64,000 nt of DNA from Candidatus Daviesbacteria bacterium (GCA_028715175.1 JAQUSJ010000001.1:404550-468549); one strand, 5' to 3'. Positions 29,570-38,928 are shown, counted from the stretch's first letter. Notes: a model not told the origin generated them from the sequence alone. A program made the numbers and translations.

Positions 29570-30676
29570 ATGAAGATTTTAGTTACGGGGGCGCATTTTA
29601 CGCCGGCAGTGGCAGTTATTGAAGAACTGAAAAAGTTTGATGGGGCGAAAATAGTTTATGTTGGCAGAAGGACTACTTTGGAGGGTGATGGCTCTGCTTC
29701 ACCTGAGTCTCAAGTATTACCTGCGCTCGGGGTTAAATTTATTCCGATAATAACTGGCAGACTACAAAGATCTTTTACAATATACACCATCCCTTCTCTT
29801 TTTAAAATTCCTGTTGGTTTTATTCAGGCTTTATACATAATTTTATCGGAAAAGCCGGATGTAATTTTATCCTTTGGCGGATATGTGGCAGTGCCTGTTG
29901 TAATAGCTGGTTGGCTTTTTTCGATTCCGATTATTATTCATGAACAAACTCTGGTGTCGGGTTTGGCCAATAAAATAAGTGCATTTTGTGCAGATAAAAT
30001 TGCTGTATCTTTTGAACCAGATGTATTTAAGAGTGAAAAAGTTATTTTAACAGGTAATCCAATCAGGCGTGAAATTGTCGAAATATCCCAAGGTGTCAAG
30101 CTAACCCACCCTAGGGGTGGGTTAGAAGTGCCGACTATTTTAATCATGGGGGGTAATCAAGGGTCACATATTATTAATTTGGCTGTTGAAGAAGTTTTAA
30201 ATAAATTGACAAAATTAGCTTATGTGATTCATGCAACCGGAGATAATAAATATGGAGATTTTGAGAGGCTGGAGAGCTTGGGGAGATTTGGGGAGAGGTA
30301 TTTGGTAAAGAAATGGATCGGGAAAGGATATGGAGCAATTCTAAAAAAAGCCGATTTGGTAATTTCACGGGCAGGGATAAACACCCTGACAGAGTTAGCC
30401 TATTTGGGAAAGCCCGCATTAGTTATTCCAATTCCATATCTTTATCAAGACGAACAAAACAAAAATGCCGGATATTTTGAAAAACTTGGGTTAGTAAGAA
30501 TCCTGCCGCAGTCCAAATTGTCCGCAGAAGCATTATTTAAAAATATCAGGGTTATGTTAAGTGATTTGAATCAATTAATAGAAAGAGCGAAAAAAGCCAA
30601 GAAAGTTATCGTTCCCGATGCTGCTAAAAGATTAGCGCTTGAGACAATGCTTTTGGCAAAAAATCCTGAGGTGTGA
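29570..30676 (+). CDS. murG: UDP-GlcNAc:lipid I GlcNAc transferase MurG
   Basis: MKILVTGAHFTPAVAV, GGYVAVP, GNPIRREI...ILIMGGNQGS architecture of MurG (GT28). Confidence 0.8.
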   Translation: MKILVTGAHFTPAVAVIEELKKFDGAKIVYVGRRTTLEGDGSASPESQVLPALGVKFIPIITGRLQRSFTIYTIPSLFKIPVGFIQALYIILSEKPDVILSFGGYVAVPVVIAGWLFSIPIIIHEQTLVSGLANKISAFCADKIAVSFEPDVFKSEKVILTGNPIRREIVEISQGVKLTHPRGGLEVPTILIMGGNQGSHIINLAVEEVLNKLTKLAYVIHATGDNKYGDFERLESLGRFGERYLVKKWIGKGYGAILKKADLVISRAGINTLTELAYLGKPALVIPIPYLYQDEQNKNAGYFEKLGLVRILPQSKLSAEALFKNIRVMLSDLNQLIERAKKAKKVIVPDAAKRLALETMLLAKNPEV

Positions 30677-30714
30677 GCCTTGTACACACCTGGTGTGGGT
30701 AAATTTAAGAAAAT

Positions 30715-31518
30715 ATGGTTAGAAAAGAAAAAAGAAGATTTTTAAGATTTTCAAAAATTATTTTTTTATCACTTTTGGGTTTATTTATTTTAATAATTTT
30801 ACTGGCCACCCGTTCCAGTTTTTTTAGTATCAAACAAATAGAAATTCTAGGGGACAAAATAGGCTGTGCGGATAGCGACCAATTGAAAAATGAATCGGGT
30901 TTGTATGGACAAAATTTTTTCTTACTGAATAGTAAAAAATTACAAGAAAGACTAAGGACAAAATTCATCTGCATAAAGACTGTTACGGTTGGCCGTTTGA
31001 TTCCTGATAAAGTAAAACTGAAAATTGCCTCCAGGAAACCGGATGCAATTTTACTTAATCTTAAAGATAAACAGGCTTCCCCCAGTTTCTTAATTGAAAA
31101 TATTGCAACTCCCGAAGCCGCAGCGGCGCAGGATTCTTACGTGGTAGATAATGAAGGTGTGGTTTTCTCCAAAAGTATAGATAATTTGGATATTCCAAAA
31201 ATTTACATTTATGATTCAGATATTGCCGTTGGGAAGAAGTTGAAAAATAGTTTAATTAATAATTCTTTGAAGATTTTGGATAGAATTAAAAAATTTGGTG
31301 TAATTGCAAAAAAAAGCTTGATCGCTGAAAATTTTTTCATCATAAATCCGGACACAATGGATCCCAAAATAATTTTTCGATTAAATGACCAAATCGATAT
31401 TCAACTTGCATCTTTACAATTGATCCTGACTGACGCTAAAATAGACTTGAGAGAGCTCATGTTTATCGATTTAAGATTTGATAAACCGATTGTGAGATTT
31501 GCCCCTAAAAAGAATTAA
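30715..31518 (+). CDS. ftsQ: Cell division protein FtsQ/DivIB (POTRA)
   Basis: N-terminal basic stretch plus TM, then a POTRA-like I.I.G sequence. Position between murG and ftsA. Confidence 0.65.
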   Translation: MVRKEKRRFLRFSKIIFLSLLGLFILIILLATRSSFFSIKQIEILGDKIGCADSDQLKNESGLYGQNFFLLNSKKLQERLRTKFICIKTVTVGRLIPDKVKLKIASRKPDAILLNLKDKQASPSFLIENIATPEAAAAQDSYVVDNEGVVFSKSIDNLDIPKIYIYDSDIAVGKKLKNSLINNSLKILDRIKKFGVIAKKSLIAENFFIINPDTMDPKIIFRLNDQIDIQLASLQLILTDAKIDLRELMFIDLRFDKPIVRFAPKKN

Positions 31519-31580
31519 GAATGAGAAAACAATTAACCTTAATAAATAGTTTTAGGGAAGTACCGGATTAGTCCAAAAAA

Positions 31581-32885
31581 ATGGCAAAAGATAAAATTAT
31601 TTGCGGAATAGATGTCGGTTCATCAAAAATAGCAACTCTTATTGCATCAGTGGATGAATCCGGTAAAATAAATTTAATTGGAGTTTCTTCAACAGTTTCA
31701 AAAGGCGTAAAAAAAACACAGGTAGTTGATATAGATGAAGCAGTGGAAGCTATAACAGAATCTGTAGAGGCGGCCGAACGAATGGCCGGTTATTCTATTT
31801 CGCAAGCATTCATATCTCTCGGCGGACCTCAAATAGAAAGCGTTAATCAGCATGCAGTCGTAGCTGTTTCCGAGCCTGAAGGTGAGATTAAGGAATCAGA
31901 TGTGAGAAGGGTAAATGATGCGGCCCGGGCAATGCCGCTTCCTTCATCAAGAGAAATACTTCATGTGATCCCGCGTACTTTTACAGTTGATGGACAGGAA
32001 GGTATAAAAGATCCGACAGGAATGACCGGAGTGAGGCTTGAAACGGAAACACACATTATTACCGGCTCTGCAACTTCAATGAGAAATCTTGTCAAATGCA
32101 TTTCGCAAGTAGGAATTGATGTAACGGAATTAGTTTTTTCAGGTATTGCCTCGGCGTTGGCTGTTTTAACCGATACGGAAAAGGAATTAGGGGTGGTATT
32201 AGTCGATATTGGCGGAGAAACAACAGATGTTGTCGTTTTTATAGATGGATCTGTTGCTTATTCGTCAGTTGTACCGATTGGTGCACGTCATATCACTTCA
32301 GATATGGCTGTAGGGCTTCGGGTGTCACTCGAATCGGCAGAGAAAATCAAATTGTCGTTGAATAAGATTCCAAAAATTCCCGCAATGGCTGAAGAAGCAG
32401 AAGAAGAAAATAGTAAAGCTAACCTAAATCACAAGAAAAAAGATGAGGAGGTAATAGATGTTAAGTCTTTGGGGATTCAGGAGGACATACAAAAAATTTC
32501 CCGCAAATCAGTAGTTGACGGAATTATTAAACCCCGATTACAGGAGATATTTAAATTTGTTGGTAAAGAAATTAAAAAGAGCGGTTTTGGAACACAAACA
32601 CCGTCTGGTTTGGTGCTCTGCGGAGGCGGTGCCCAAACGATTGGAGTTTTGGAGCAGGCAAAATATGTACTCGGTTTTCCTGCAAGGCTTGGTACTATTG
32701 AAGGCTTGTCAGGACTTGTAGAAGAAATAGATTCTCCTGCGTTTGCATCTGCGGCCGGACTTATTTTTTATGGGGCGACACAAAATACTCAAGGTCAATT
32801 GCATATACCTGTTTTATCCGGAAGCTTACCGATTAAAGGAATGATTCAAAAAGGAATAGATTTAGTAAAATCATTTCTGCCCTAG
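31581..32885 (+). CDS. ftsA: Cell division protein FtsA
   Basis: IICGIDVGSSKIATLIA actin-fold phosphate-1 motif. VLVDIGGETTDVVVF and LCGGGAQTIG motifs. Confidence 0.9.
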   Translation: MAKDKIICGIDVGSSKIATLIASVDESGKINLIGVSSTVSKGVKKTQVVDIDEAVEAITESVEAAERMAGYSISQAFISLGGPQIESVNQHAVVAVSEPEGEIKESDVRRVNDAARAMPLPSSREILHVIPRTFTVDGQEGIKDPTGMTGVRLETETHIITGSATSMRNLVKCISQVGIDVTELVFSGIASALAVLTDTEKELGVVLVDIGGETTDVVVFIDGSVAYSSVVPIGARHITSDMAVGLRVSLESAEKIKLSLNKIPKIPAMAEEAEEENSKANLNHKKKDEEVIDVKSLGIQEDIQKISRKSVVDGIIKPRLQEIFKFVGKEIKKSGFGTQTPSGLVLCGGGAQTIGVLEQAKYVLGFPARLGTIEGLSGLVEEIDSPAFASAAGLIFYGATQNTQGQLHIPVLSGSLPIKGMIQKGIDLVKSFLP

Positions 32886-32940
32886 GCTCTTGCAATTTTA
32901 AATAGTAATCTGTTATATTCTGCCCATAAGGAAGCTTTCA

Positions 32941-33007
32941 GTCATCAGACGTCAGTCGTCAGACAAAATTTTTGAAGTCTGATAGCTGATAGCTGATAGC
33001 TGACGAC
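32941..33007. repeat. Inverted repeat containing a (CTGATAG)x3 tandem repeat immediately upstream of the ftsZ start
   Basis: GTCATCAGACGTCAGTCGTCAGAC...GTCTGATAGCTGATAGCTGATAGCTGACGAC. No SD before the ftsZ ATG at 33012. Confidence 0.6.
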
Positions 33008-33011
33008 TATT

Positions 33012-34172
33012 ATGTTAATAAAACCTGATGTTCAACGATTTGCCAAGATTAAAGTGATGGGATTGGGAGGTGGCGGTTCCAATTCTTTAAACTTAATGAT
33101 CTCCATGCAACAGATTCAAGGAGTAGAGTTTGTGGCTGTAAATACAGATGCCCAGGCTTTGCTTAATAACCAATCTCCTACTAAAGTTCAAATCGGAGAA
33201 ACTTTAACCAAGGGATTGGGCTCGGGAGGAGATCCCGAAGTGGGCAGGCAAGCTGCTGAAGAATCCTCGCAAAAACTTGAAGATGTGTTGTCTGATGCCG
33301 ATATGGTATTTCTAACTGCCGGAATGGGCGGAGGAACAGGAACAGGTTCCATACCGATTGTGGCTCAGGTTGCAAAAAATCTGGGCGCTTTGACTGTTGC
33401 TGTTGTTACCAAGCCTTTTTCTTTTGAAGGTACAAGACGCATGATGGTGGCGGAAGAAGGGATAGAAAAACTTAAAGATAAAGTAGATGCCTTGATTGTT
33501 ATTCCTAATCAGCGGCTTTTGGAAACGGTTGAAAAAAATATGACTTTACAGGAGGCATTCAAATTGGCAGATTCGGTGTTGGGTCAGGGCGTCCAGGGTA
33601 TTTCCGATTTGATTACAATGCCGGGTCTTATTAATGTTGATTTTGCCGATGTAAAAACTATTATGTCTAATGCCGGTTCGGCACTCATGGGAATCGGTGT
33701 GGCAGGCGGAGACAATCGGGCTGCCGCGGCGGCCAGGATGGCAATAGCATCACCGCTTCTCGAAGTTTCAATTGAGGGAGCAAAAGGCGTGCTTTTCAAT
33801 ATTGTCGGCGGATCTGATTTGTCAATGACAGAGGTGAATGAAGCTGCTCAAATCATTGCCCAGGCTGCAGATCCGGATGCCAATATAATCTTTGGTGCAA
33901 CTATTAAAGAAGATCAGTTGGATCAGATAAAGATTTCGGTTATAGCAACAGGTTTTGACGAAACAAGAAGAAGGTTGCGGGAGTATATAGGGACCGGTAT
34001 AGGCTCCGGTTCTCTTCAACAACAAACTAATCCCTGGGTAAAATCAACTCCGGTAGCGGATGAGCCCGAAATACCGCAAGCATTATCAGAGCAAGAAGAA
34101 ACCGTCAATGAACAGACTAATGAAAATGATGAAGATTTAGAAATCCCCGCATTTCTGCGGTCTAACCGCTAA
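33012..34172 (+). CDS. ftsZ: Cell division GTPase FtsZ
   Basis: [20 protein letters not shown] and GGGTGTGS tubulin signature, plus an acidic C-terminal tail. Confidence 0.95.
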   Translation: MLIKPDVQRFAKIKVMGLGGGGSNSLNLMISMQQIQGVEFVAVNTDAQALLNNQSPTKVQIGETLTKGLGSGGDPEVGRQAAEESSQKLEDVLSDADMVFLTAGMGGGTGTGSIPIVAQVAKNLGALTVAVVTKPFSFEGTRRMMVAEEGIEKLKDKVDALIVIPNQRLLETVEKNMTLQEAFKLADSVLGQGVQGISDLITMPGLINVDFADVKTIMSNAGSALMGIGVAGGDNRAAAAARMAIASPLLEVSIEGAKGVLFNIVGGSDLSMTEVNEAAQIIAQAADPDANIIFGATIKEDQLDQIKISVIATGFDETRRRLREYIGTGIGSGSLQQQTNPWVKSTPVADEPEIPQALSEQEETVNEQTNENDEDLEIPAFLRSNR

Positions 34173-34183
34173 TATTCAAACTA

Positions 34184-34356
34184 ATAAGCAGCTTGTCACA
34201 CTACAAAAAATCGCTCGCACGGTATAAGCAAGCTTGAAAACGTTGTTTTTAAACTTGCTCGCTTGCGAGTATTTTGTGGAAAGCGATTCCAAAATTCCGA
34301 AGTAAGTTAAGCACAAAATCCTCAACATTTTTTGTTAGTTTGTGACTTCGCTGCTT
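34184..34356 (+). repeat. Structured intergenic repeat, copy B (with extra internal hairpin), with embedded terminator 34267-34334
   Basis: Shares its 5' and 3' segments with 19202-19348. Sits directly after the ftsZ stop. Confidence 0.7.
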
Positions 34357-34357
34357 T

Positions 34358-34386
34358 TTGACAAAAGATTAAGAAATTGGTATTAT
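34358..34386 (+). promoter_or_regulatory. Consensus sigma70 promoter TTGACA-17-TATTAT
   Basis: Perfect -35 and a near-consensus -10 with a 17-nt spacer. Predicted TSS is about 7 nt before the leader-peptide ATG. Confidence 0.65.
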
Positions 34387-34399
34387 CTTGAGTATTGTT

Positions 34400-34468
34400 A
34401 TGAATATGCGAAGAATAGAAATTATTGACATTATTATTGCCCCCAGGAAGGGAGGGTTCTTCGCGTAA
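34400..34468 (+). CDS. Putative Ile-rich leader peptide MNMRRIEIIDIIIAPRKGGFFA (22 aa) of an ileS attenuator
   Basis: 6 Ile codons within 8 consecutive codons (34415-34438). Enclosed by stem GCGAAGAA/TTCTTCGC. A GGGAGGG inside it can pair with the downstream CCTCCC. Confidence 0.5.
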   Translation: MNMRRIEIIDIIIAPRKGGFFA

Positions 34469-34496
34469 CTTAAATTAAGTTTCGCAGAAAGGAGAA

Positions 34497-34521
34497 CCTC
34501 CCAAAATAGGGAGGTTTTTTT
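34497..34521 (+). terminator. Intrinsic terminator (CCTCCC-aaaata-GGGAGG + T7) acting as attenuator
   Basis: 6-bp GC-rich stem plus a 7-T tract. The alternative pairing partner GGGAGGG at 34450-34456 gives an anti-terminator. Confidence 0.6.
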
Positions 34522-34911
34522 GTGGAAAAAATGAGTGCAGTAGAAGTAGATGACTTTTTCACTCCCGAGGAGAGAAGTACAATAGTAGATTGTAGTTACC
34601 GGTTTGCATCCGGACAAATATGTCTTGATACATCATCGCGACCATTCTTAAATCTGGGAGCAAAGGGTTTTCTTATATCGAAAGGTTTAGATCCTCACGA
34701 ACGCGCTGTATTAGAACAACTGGGTAGAGTCTGGGGTTTCTATGAGATTTTTGATCAGATAAAGGGAAGACTAGAAGCATTACGGGATCCTGCTGATTTT
34801 ATTGCTAGTCAACTTGGTATTCAATCAGAAACGTTAGCTAAGGGACAGTTATCACCTGGGCAGAAGTTTAGAATTTTAAGTGAAGCAGTCGATCTTTGTT
34901 ATCGGGGTTGA
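34522..34911 (+). CDS. Hypothetical protein (129 aa) between attenuator and ileS
   Basis: GTG 34522 lies 7 nt after GGGAGG (the terminator 3' arm doubles as SD); an alternative ATG is at 34531. No motif recognised. Confidence 0.4.
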   Translation: MEKMSAVEVDDFFTPEERSTIVDCSYRFASGQICLDTSSRPFLNLGAKGFLISKGLDPHERAVLEQLGRVWGFYEIFDQIKGRLEALRDPADFIASQLGIQSETLAKGQLSPGQKFRILSEAVDLCYRG

Positions 34912-35003
34912 ATTTGATAGCAAAACATTCGACGGTCGTGTATCAGTTTGTTATTTGGTTGTTATGCTGGTTTGGAATGGATTTTTTTGTTAGAATTCTT
35001 TAT

Positions 35004-37811
35004 ATGAGCAAATTTAAATCAGTTTCTTCGCAAGTTGATTTTCCTCAACTTGAGGAAGAGTTACTTGGGTTTTGGAAAAAGGAAAAGATTTTTGAAAAAT
35101 CTATCGACACCAGACCCGAGGATAAAAAATGGACCTTTTTGGATGGGCCTCCCTTTGTAACTGGTACGCCTCATTACGGCTCCCTTTTATCCAGCATTCC
35201 AAAAGATGTATTCGGTAGATATTGGACAATGAAAGGTTACAGAGTTCGAAGGGTTTGGGGGTGGGATGGACATGGTCTGCCGGTAGAAAATAAGGTAGAG
35301 ATAGAGCTTAAAATTAAAAGAAAAAAAGACATTGAGGAAAAAGTTGGAGTAAAGAGGTTTATTGAGGAGTGCTTAAAGTATGTTAATCAGGTTTCCTCTG
35401 AGTGGGAATGGTACATTACTCATATTGGCAGATGGGTTGATTTTCAACATGCTTACAAAACCTGGGATCTTTCTTACATGGAATCAGTGATGTGGGTTTT
35501 TAAGCAAATGTATGATAAAAATTTAATTTACAAAGGCTTGAGAGTTTCGCTGTATTGCCCGCATTGCGCCACGCCGATTTCTAATTTTGAAGTTGCCATG
35601 GATGCTGATAATTACAAAGATATAAAAGAGTTAACTGCAGTTTATAAATATCAACTTAAAAAAGATAAAAATACTTATCTTTTGGCCTGGTCAACAACCC
35701 CGTGGAATAAATTAGTGACCTCAGGATTGGCAGTAAACCCGAAACTAACTTATGTCAAAGTTTCCCAGGGTAAAGAAAATTATATTTTAGCTAAAGACAC
35801 ACTGAAAGTACTAAAAAACGAGCAATATAAAATATTAGAAGAGTTTAAAGGCAAAGATTTGTCAGGAACAGAATTTGTGCCTTTGTATAATTTTTATAAA
35901 ATTGAATCTGGGAAAAAAGCATTTATTGTAGTAGGGGATGTATTCGTTACCTCAGAAGAAGGTACAGGGGTAGTAACTTTAGCTCCATATGGAGAAGAAG
36001 ATTTGGCTGTAATGCAAAGAGAGAATATTCAAATGGTTCTGCATATAGATGATGAGGGGATGATTAAAGATTCTGTACCAAAGTTTGGAGGAATGCATTA
36101 CCTCGATGCAGACAAGTTAATAATTGAGGATTTAGAGCAAAGAAATGCTGTATATAAGTTAGATGAATATACTCACTCCGTGCCTCATTGTTGGCGCTGT
36201 TCCACTAGACTTTTTTATGCGCCAAAAGACGCCTGGTATGTAAATATACAAAAACTTAAACCGCAACTGTTTAAAAATAATGAACCAATTAATTGGTTTC
36301 CTAAACATTTTAAGTTTGGTAGGTTTGCCAAAAGCATGGAAGCTGCCCCTGACTGGAATATTTCCAGAAACAGGTATTGGGGTTCACCTGTGCCGGTTTG
36401 GGAATGTGAATGTGGAGAGTTAATAGTGCCCGGTTCTATAAGGGAGTTAGAAGAGCTTTCCGGTAAAAAAATTACTAACCTTCATAAGCCGGATATTGAC
36501 GAAGTAAAAATAAAATGTCCGAAATGCTCTAAATTTGCAAAAAGGGTTCCTGAAGTTTTGGATTCCTGGATTGAAGCAGGTTCTGCTTCTTTTGCCGAAA
36601 GACATTTTCCTTTTGAAAAAGATATTAAGCTAGAAGATTTTTTCCCGCCGGATTTTATAGCAGAATATACAGGTCAAATCAGAGCCTGGTTTTATGTTCT
36701 TCATGTGATTGGAACAGCGCTCTATGACTCTGCGGCTTTTAAAAATGTTTTGGTAGAAGGGGTGATGCTGGGTACTGATGGTAGAAAGATGAGCAAAAAC
36801 TACAATAATTATCCGGATCCTAAGGAGCTAATGCAAAAGCATGGAGGGGATGCGTTAAGACTTTATCTTTTAGGCTCCCCTATTATGAAAGGAGAGGATG
36901 TTAATTTTTCAAATGATGGAGTACCAGAGGTTACAAGGGGTTTTATGTTGATTTTATGGAACTGCTATAAATATTTTGTTGACTATGCAACCACTTTTGA
37001 GTGGGAAAAAAGTAATTTGCAAAACTTAAATATTTTGGACAAATGGATTTTATCAAAGCTTGCAAAACTTATCATAGAGGTAACAAAAAGTTATGAAAAA
37101 TACGATACTTTTTCGGCTGTAAAACTACTACGGGAGTTTATTGTTAATGATTTATCAACCTGGTATATCAGAAGGTCAAGGGAGAAAATTAGCGGTGGAA
37201 GTGATGCTGTAAGAAATACATCCTTAAGCGTATTATACAAAGTTTTAGTAACTTACTGCAAAATTCTCTCCCCTATTGCTCCTTTTGTATCTGAGGAAAT
37301 TTTTAAGAATTTGACTGGAGACGAATCTGTTCACTTGCAGGAGTTTCCTGGTGAAGATAAATCAATGTTGGATGAAAAATTAATGGAAGATATGATTGTG
37401 GTAAGAAAAATTGCAGAAACCAGTCATGCCAAAAGAAAAGAGACGGGGATTAAACTGAGACAACCTCTTACCTCTGTTTTATACAAATTGCCAGAGAGAT
37501 TAAATGAAGAATTGGAAAAAATTCTTGCGGAAGAACTTAATGTTAAACATGTTGAGTATAAAAAGTCCTCATCTGCGGAACAGCAGGTAGTTTTGAATAC
37601 TAATATTACTCAAGGGCTGGCAGAGGAGGGGGTGGCAAGAGATTTGATTAGGAAAATACAACAACTTAGGAAGCAGCAAGGTTTAACTTTAGCTGATAAA
37701 ACTAAAATTATTGCCCCCTCTTGGCCAAAATCTTTTGAGAAACAAATAATCGCGGGTACGGCTTCTGTTTCAATAGAAAAAGGTCCAGAATTCAAGGTTT
37801 TGAAGGTATAA
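35004..37811 (+). CDS. ileS: Isoleucine--tRNA ligase
   Basis: PPFVTGTPHYGS (HIGH-type) and GRKMSKN (KMSKS) motifs, plus a CWRC...CPKC zinc knuckle. Length 935 aa from ATG 35004; the track's upstream extension from 34896 looks non-coding. Confidence 0.9.
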   Translation: MSKFKSVSSQVDFPQLEEELLGFWKKEKIFEKSIDTRPEDKKWTFLDGPPFVTGTPHYGSLLSSIPKDVFGRYWTMKGYRVRRVWGWDGHGLPVENKVEIELKIKRKKDIEEKVGVKRFIEECLKYVNQVSSEWEWYITHIGRWVDFQHAYKTWDLSYMESVMWVFKQMYDKNLIYKGLRVSLYCPHCATPISNFEVAMDADNYKDIKELTAVYKYQLKKDKNTYLLAWSTTPWNKLVTSGLAVNPKLTYVKVSQGKENYILAKDTLKVLKNEQYKILEEFKGKDLSGTEFVPLYNFYKIESGKKAFIVVGDVFVTSEEGTGVVTLAPYGEEDLAVMQRENIQMVLHIDDEGMIKDSVPKFGGMHYLDADKLIIEDLEQRNAVYKLDEYTHSVPHCWRCSTRLFYAPKDAWYVNIQKLKPQLFKNNEPINWFPKHFKFGRFAKSMEAAPDWNISRNRYWGSPVPVWECECGELIVPGSIRELEELSGKKITNLHKPDIDEVKIKCPKCSKFAKRVPEVLDSWIEAGSASFAERHFPFEKDIKLEDFFPPDFIAEYTGQIRAWFYVLHVIGTALYDSAAFKNVLVEGVMLGTDGRKMSKNYNNYPDPKELMQKHGGDALRLYLLGSPIMKGEDVNFSNDGVPEVTRGFMLILWNCYKYFVDYATTFEWEKSNLQNLNILDKWILSKLAKLIIEVTKSYEKYDTFSAVKLLREFIVNDLSTWYIRRSREKISGGSDAVRNTSLSVLYKVLVTYCKILSPIAPFVSEEIFKNLTGDESVHLQEFPGEDKSMLDEKLMEDMIVVRKIAETSHAKRKETGIKLRQPLTSVLYKLPERLNEELEKILAEELNVKHVEYKKSSSAEQQVVLNTNITQGLAEEGVARDLIRKIQQLRKQQGLTLADKTKIIAPSWPKSFEKQIIAGTASVSIEKGPEFKVLKV

Positions 37812-37826
37812 TTTCACCTTAAGAAG

Positions 37827-38903
37827 ATGAAAATTCAAAAGCTTATTAATTTACCAATCAGTTTGGTCAGTTTCCTGCTTGTATCAATTGGCATATTGGT
37901 TATTTATTCTTCCTCAAAAGAGTTAGCCGTTCAGCAAATTATATTTACAATTATTGGTATGGTTTTTTTCTTTTTTATTTCACAATTTGAACTCCAATCA
38001 CTTAAACATTTGGTAAAACCGCTTTATATTCTTATTGTTATTACGCTTGCGGCCGTGTTTATTTTAGGTATAGAAACAAGGGGAGTTTTTCGTTGGTTTT
38101 CTTTAGGAATTTTTAATATTCAACCGTCAGAATTTGCTAAACCAATTTTAATTTTATTTTTGAGCAAATTCTGGTCGGAAAATAATCCTTCCTGGCGAAA
38201 TATTTTTAAGAGTATACTCTGGTCTGCGCCTGTTTTTTTGCTTATTTTTAAGCAACCGGACTTAGGTTCCGCACTGACTATAATCGCAATTTGGCTGGGA
38301 TTATTATTTGCGGCCCATATCTCTATAAAGAAAACATTAATACTTGTTTTAATTACTATTTTTATAATTCCGACAAGCTGGTCTTTTCTACACAGCTACC
38401 AAAAAGAACGCATTGTAAGTTTTTGGGCACCCGAATCGGATCCTTTGGGCAAAGGTTATAATTTGATTCAATCAACGATTGCAGTGGGATCCGGCCAACT
38501 TCTGGGAAGGGGTTTGGGCAGGGGAACGCAGTCAAGATTGCAATTTTTACCGGAATTTAGGACAGATTTTATTTTTGCTTCTATTGCAGAAGAAATGGGT
38601 TTTTTAGGGTCTCTCCTGATTTTATCGCTATACCTATTTTTATTAAGTTACTGTCTAAGGGAGGCGCAAAAAACAAACAACTCATTTAACCTGCTGGTAA
38701 TATTCGGTGTGGTTTCGATGCTTTTGTTTCAGATTGTTGTTAATATTGGAATGAATATAGGGTTACTGCCGATTACAGGCATTACTTTGCCATTGATATC
38801 GTATGGCGGGAGTTCGCTAATCTCAACCTTTTTATCTTTGGGGATGGTTGCATCTTCTGCCAAGGGTAGAGCGGACTCTGATTCAATCGTGGTTGACTTA
38901 TAG
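37827..38903 (+). CDS. rodA: SEDS-family peptidoglycan polymerase RodA
   Basis: QPSEFAKP, IAVGSGQLLGRGLG and DFIFASIAEEMGF motifs. Confidence 0.8.
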   Translation: MKIQKLINLPISLVSFLLVSIGILVIYSSSKELAVQQIIFTIIGMVFFFFISQFELQSLKHLVKPLYILIVITLAAVFILGIETRGVFRWFSLGIFNIQPSEFAKPILILFLSKFWSENNPSWRNIFKSILWSAPVFLLIFKQPDLGSALTIIAIWLGLLFAAHISIKKTLILVLITIFIIPTSWSFLHSYQKERIVSFWAPESDPLGKGYNLIQSTIAVGSGQLLGRGLGRGTQSRLQFLPEFRTDFIFASIAEEMGFLGSLLILSLYLFLLSYCLREAQKTNNSFNLLVIFGVVSMLLFQIVVNIGMNIGLLPITGITLPLISYGGSSLISTFLSLGMVASSAKGRADSDSIVVDL

Positions 38904-38928
38904 CTTGGGAAAGGATAAAATCTTCTTC

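Noticed and set aside
30686-30705. CACACC-N-GGTGTG short hairpins (30690 after murG; 41158 after tRNA-Val)
   Set aside because: Only two short copies (5-6 bp stems). Likely incidental or weak terminators rather than a repeat family.
34390-34530. T-box riboswitch upstream of ileS
   Set aside because: Considered because aaRS genes are often T-box regulated. No T-box consensus (AATTAGGGTGGNACCGCG) or specifier loop was found. The region is explained instead by a leader peptide plus terminator.
34369-34617. 82-aa minus-strand ORF
   Set aside because: Antisense to the ileS promoter/leader/terminator region, which is better explained by the attenuator structure on the + strand.
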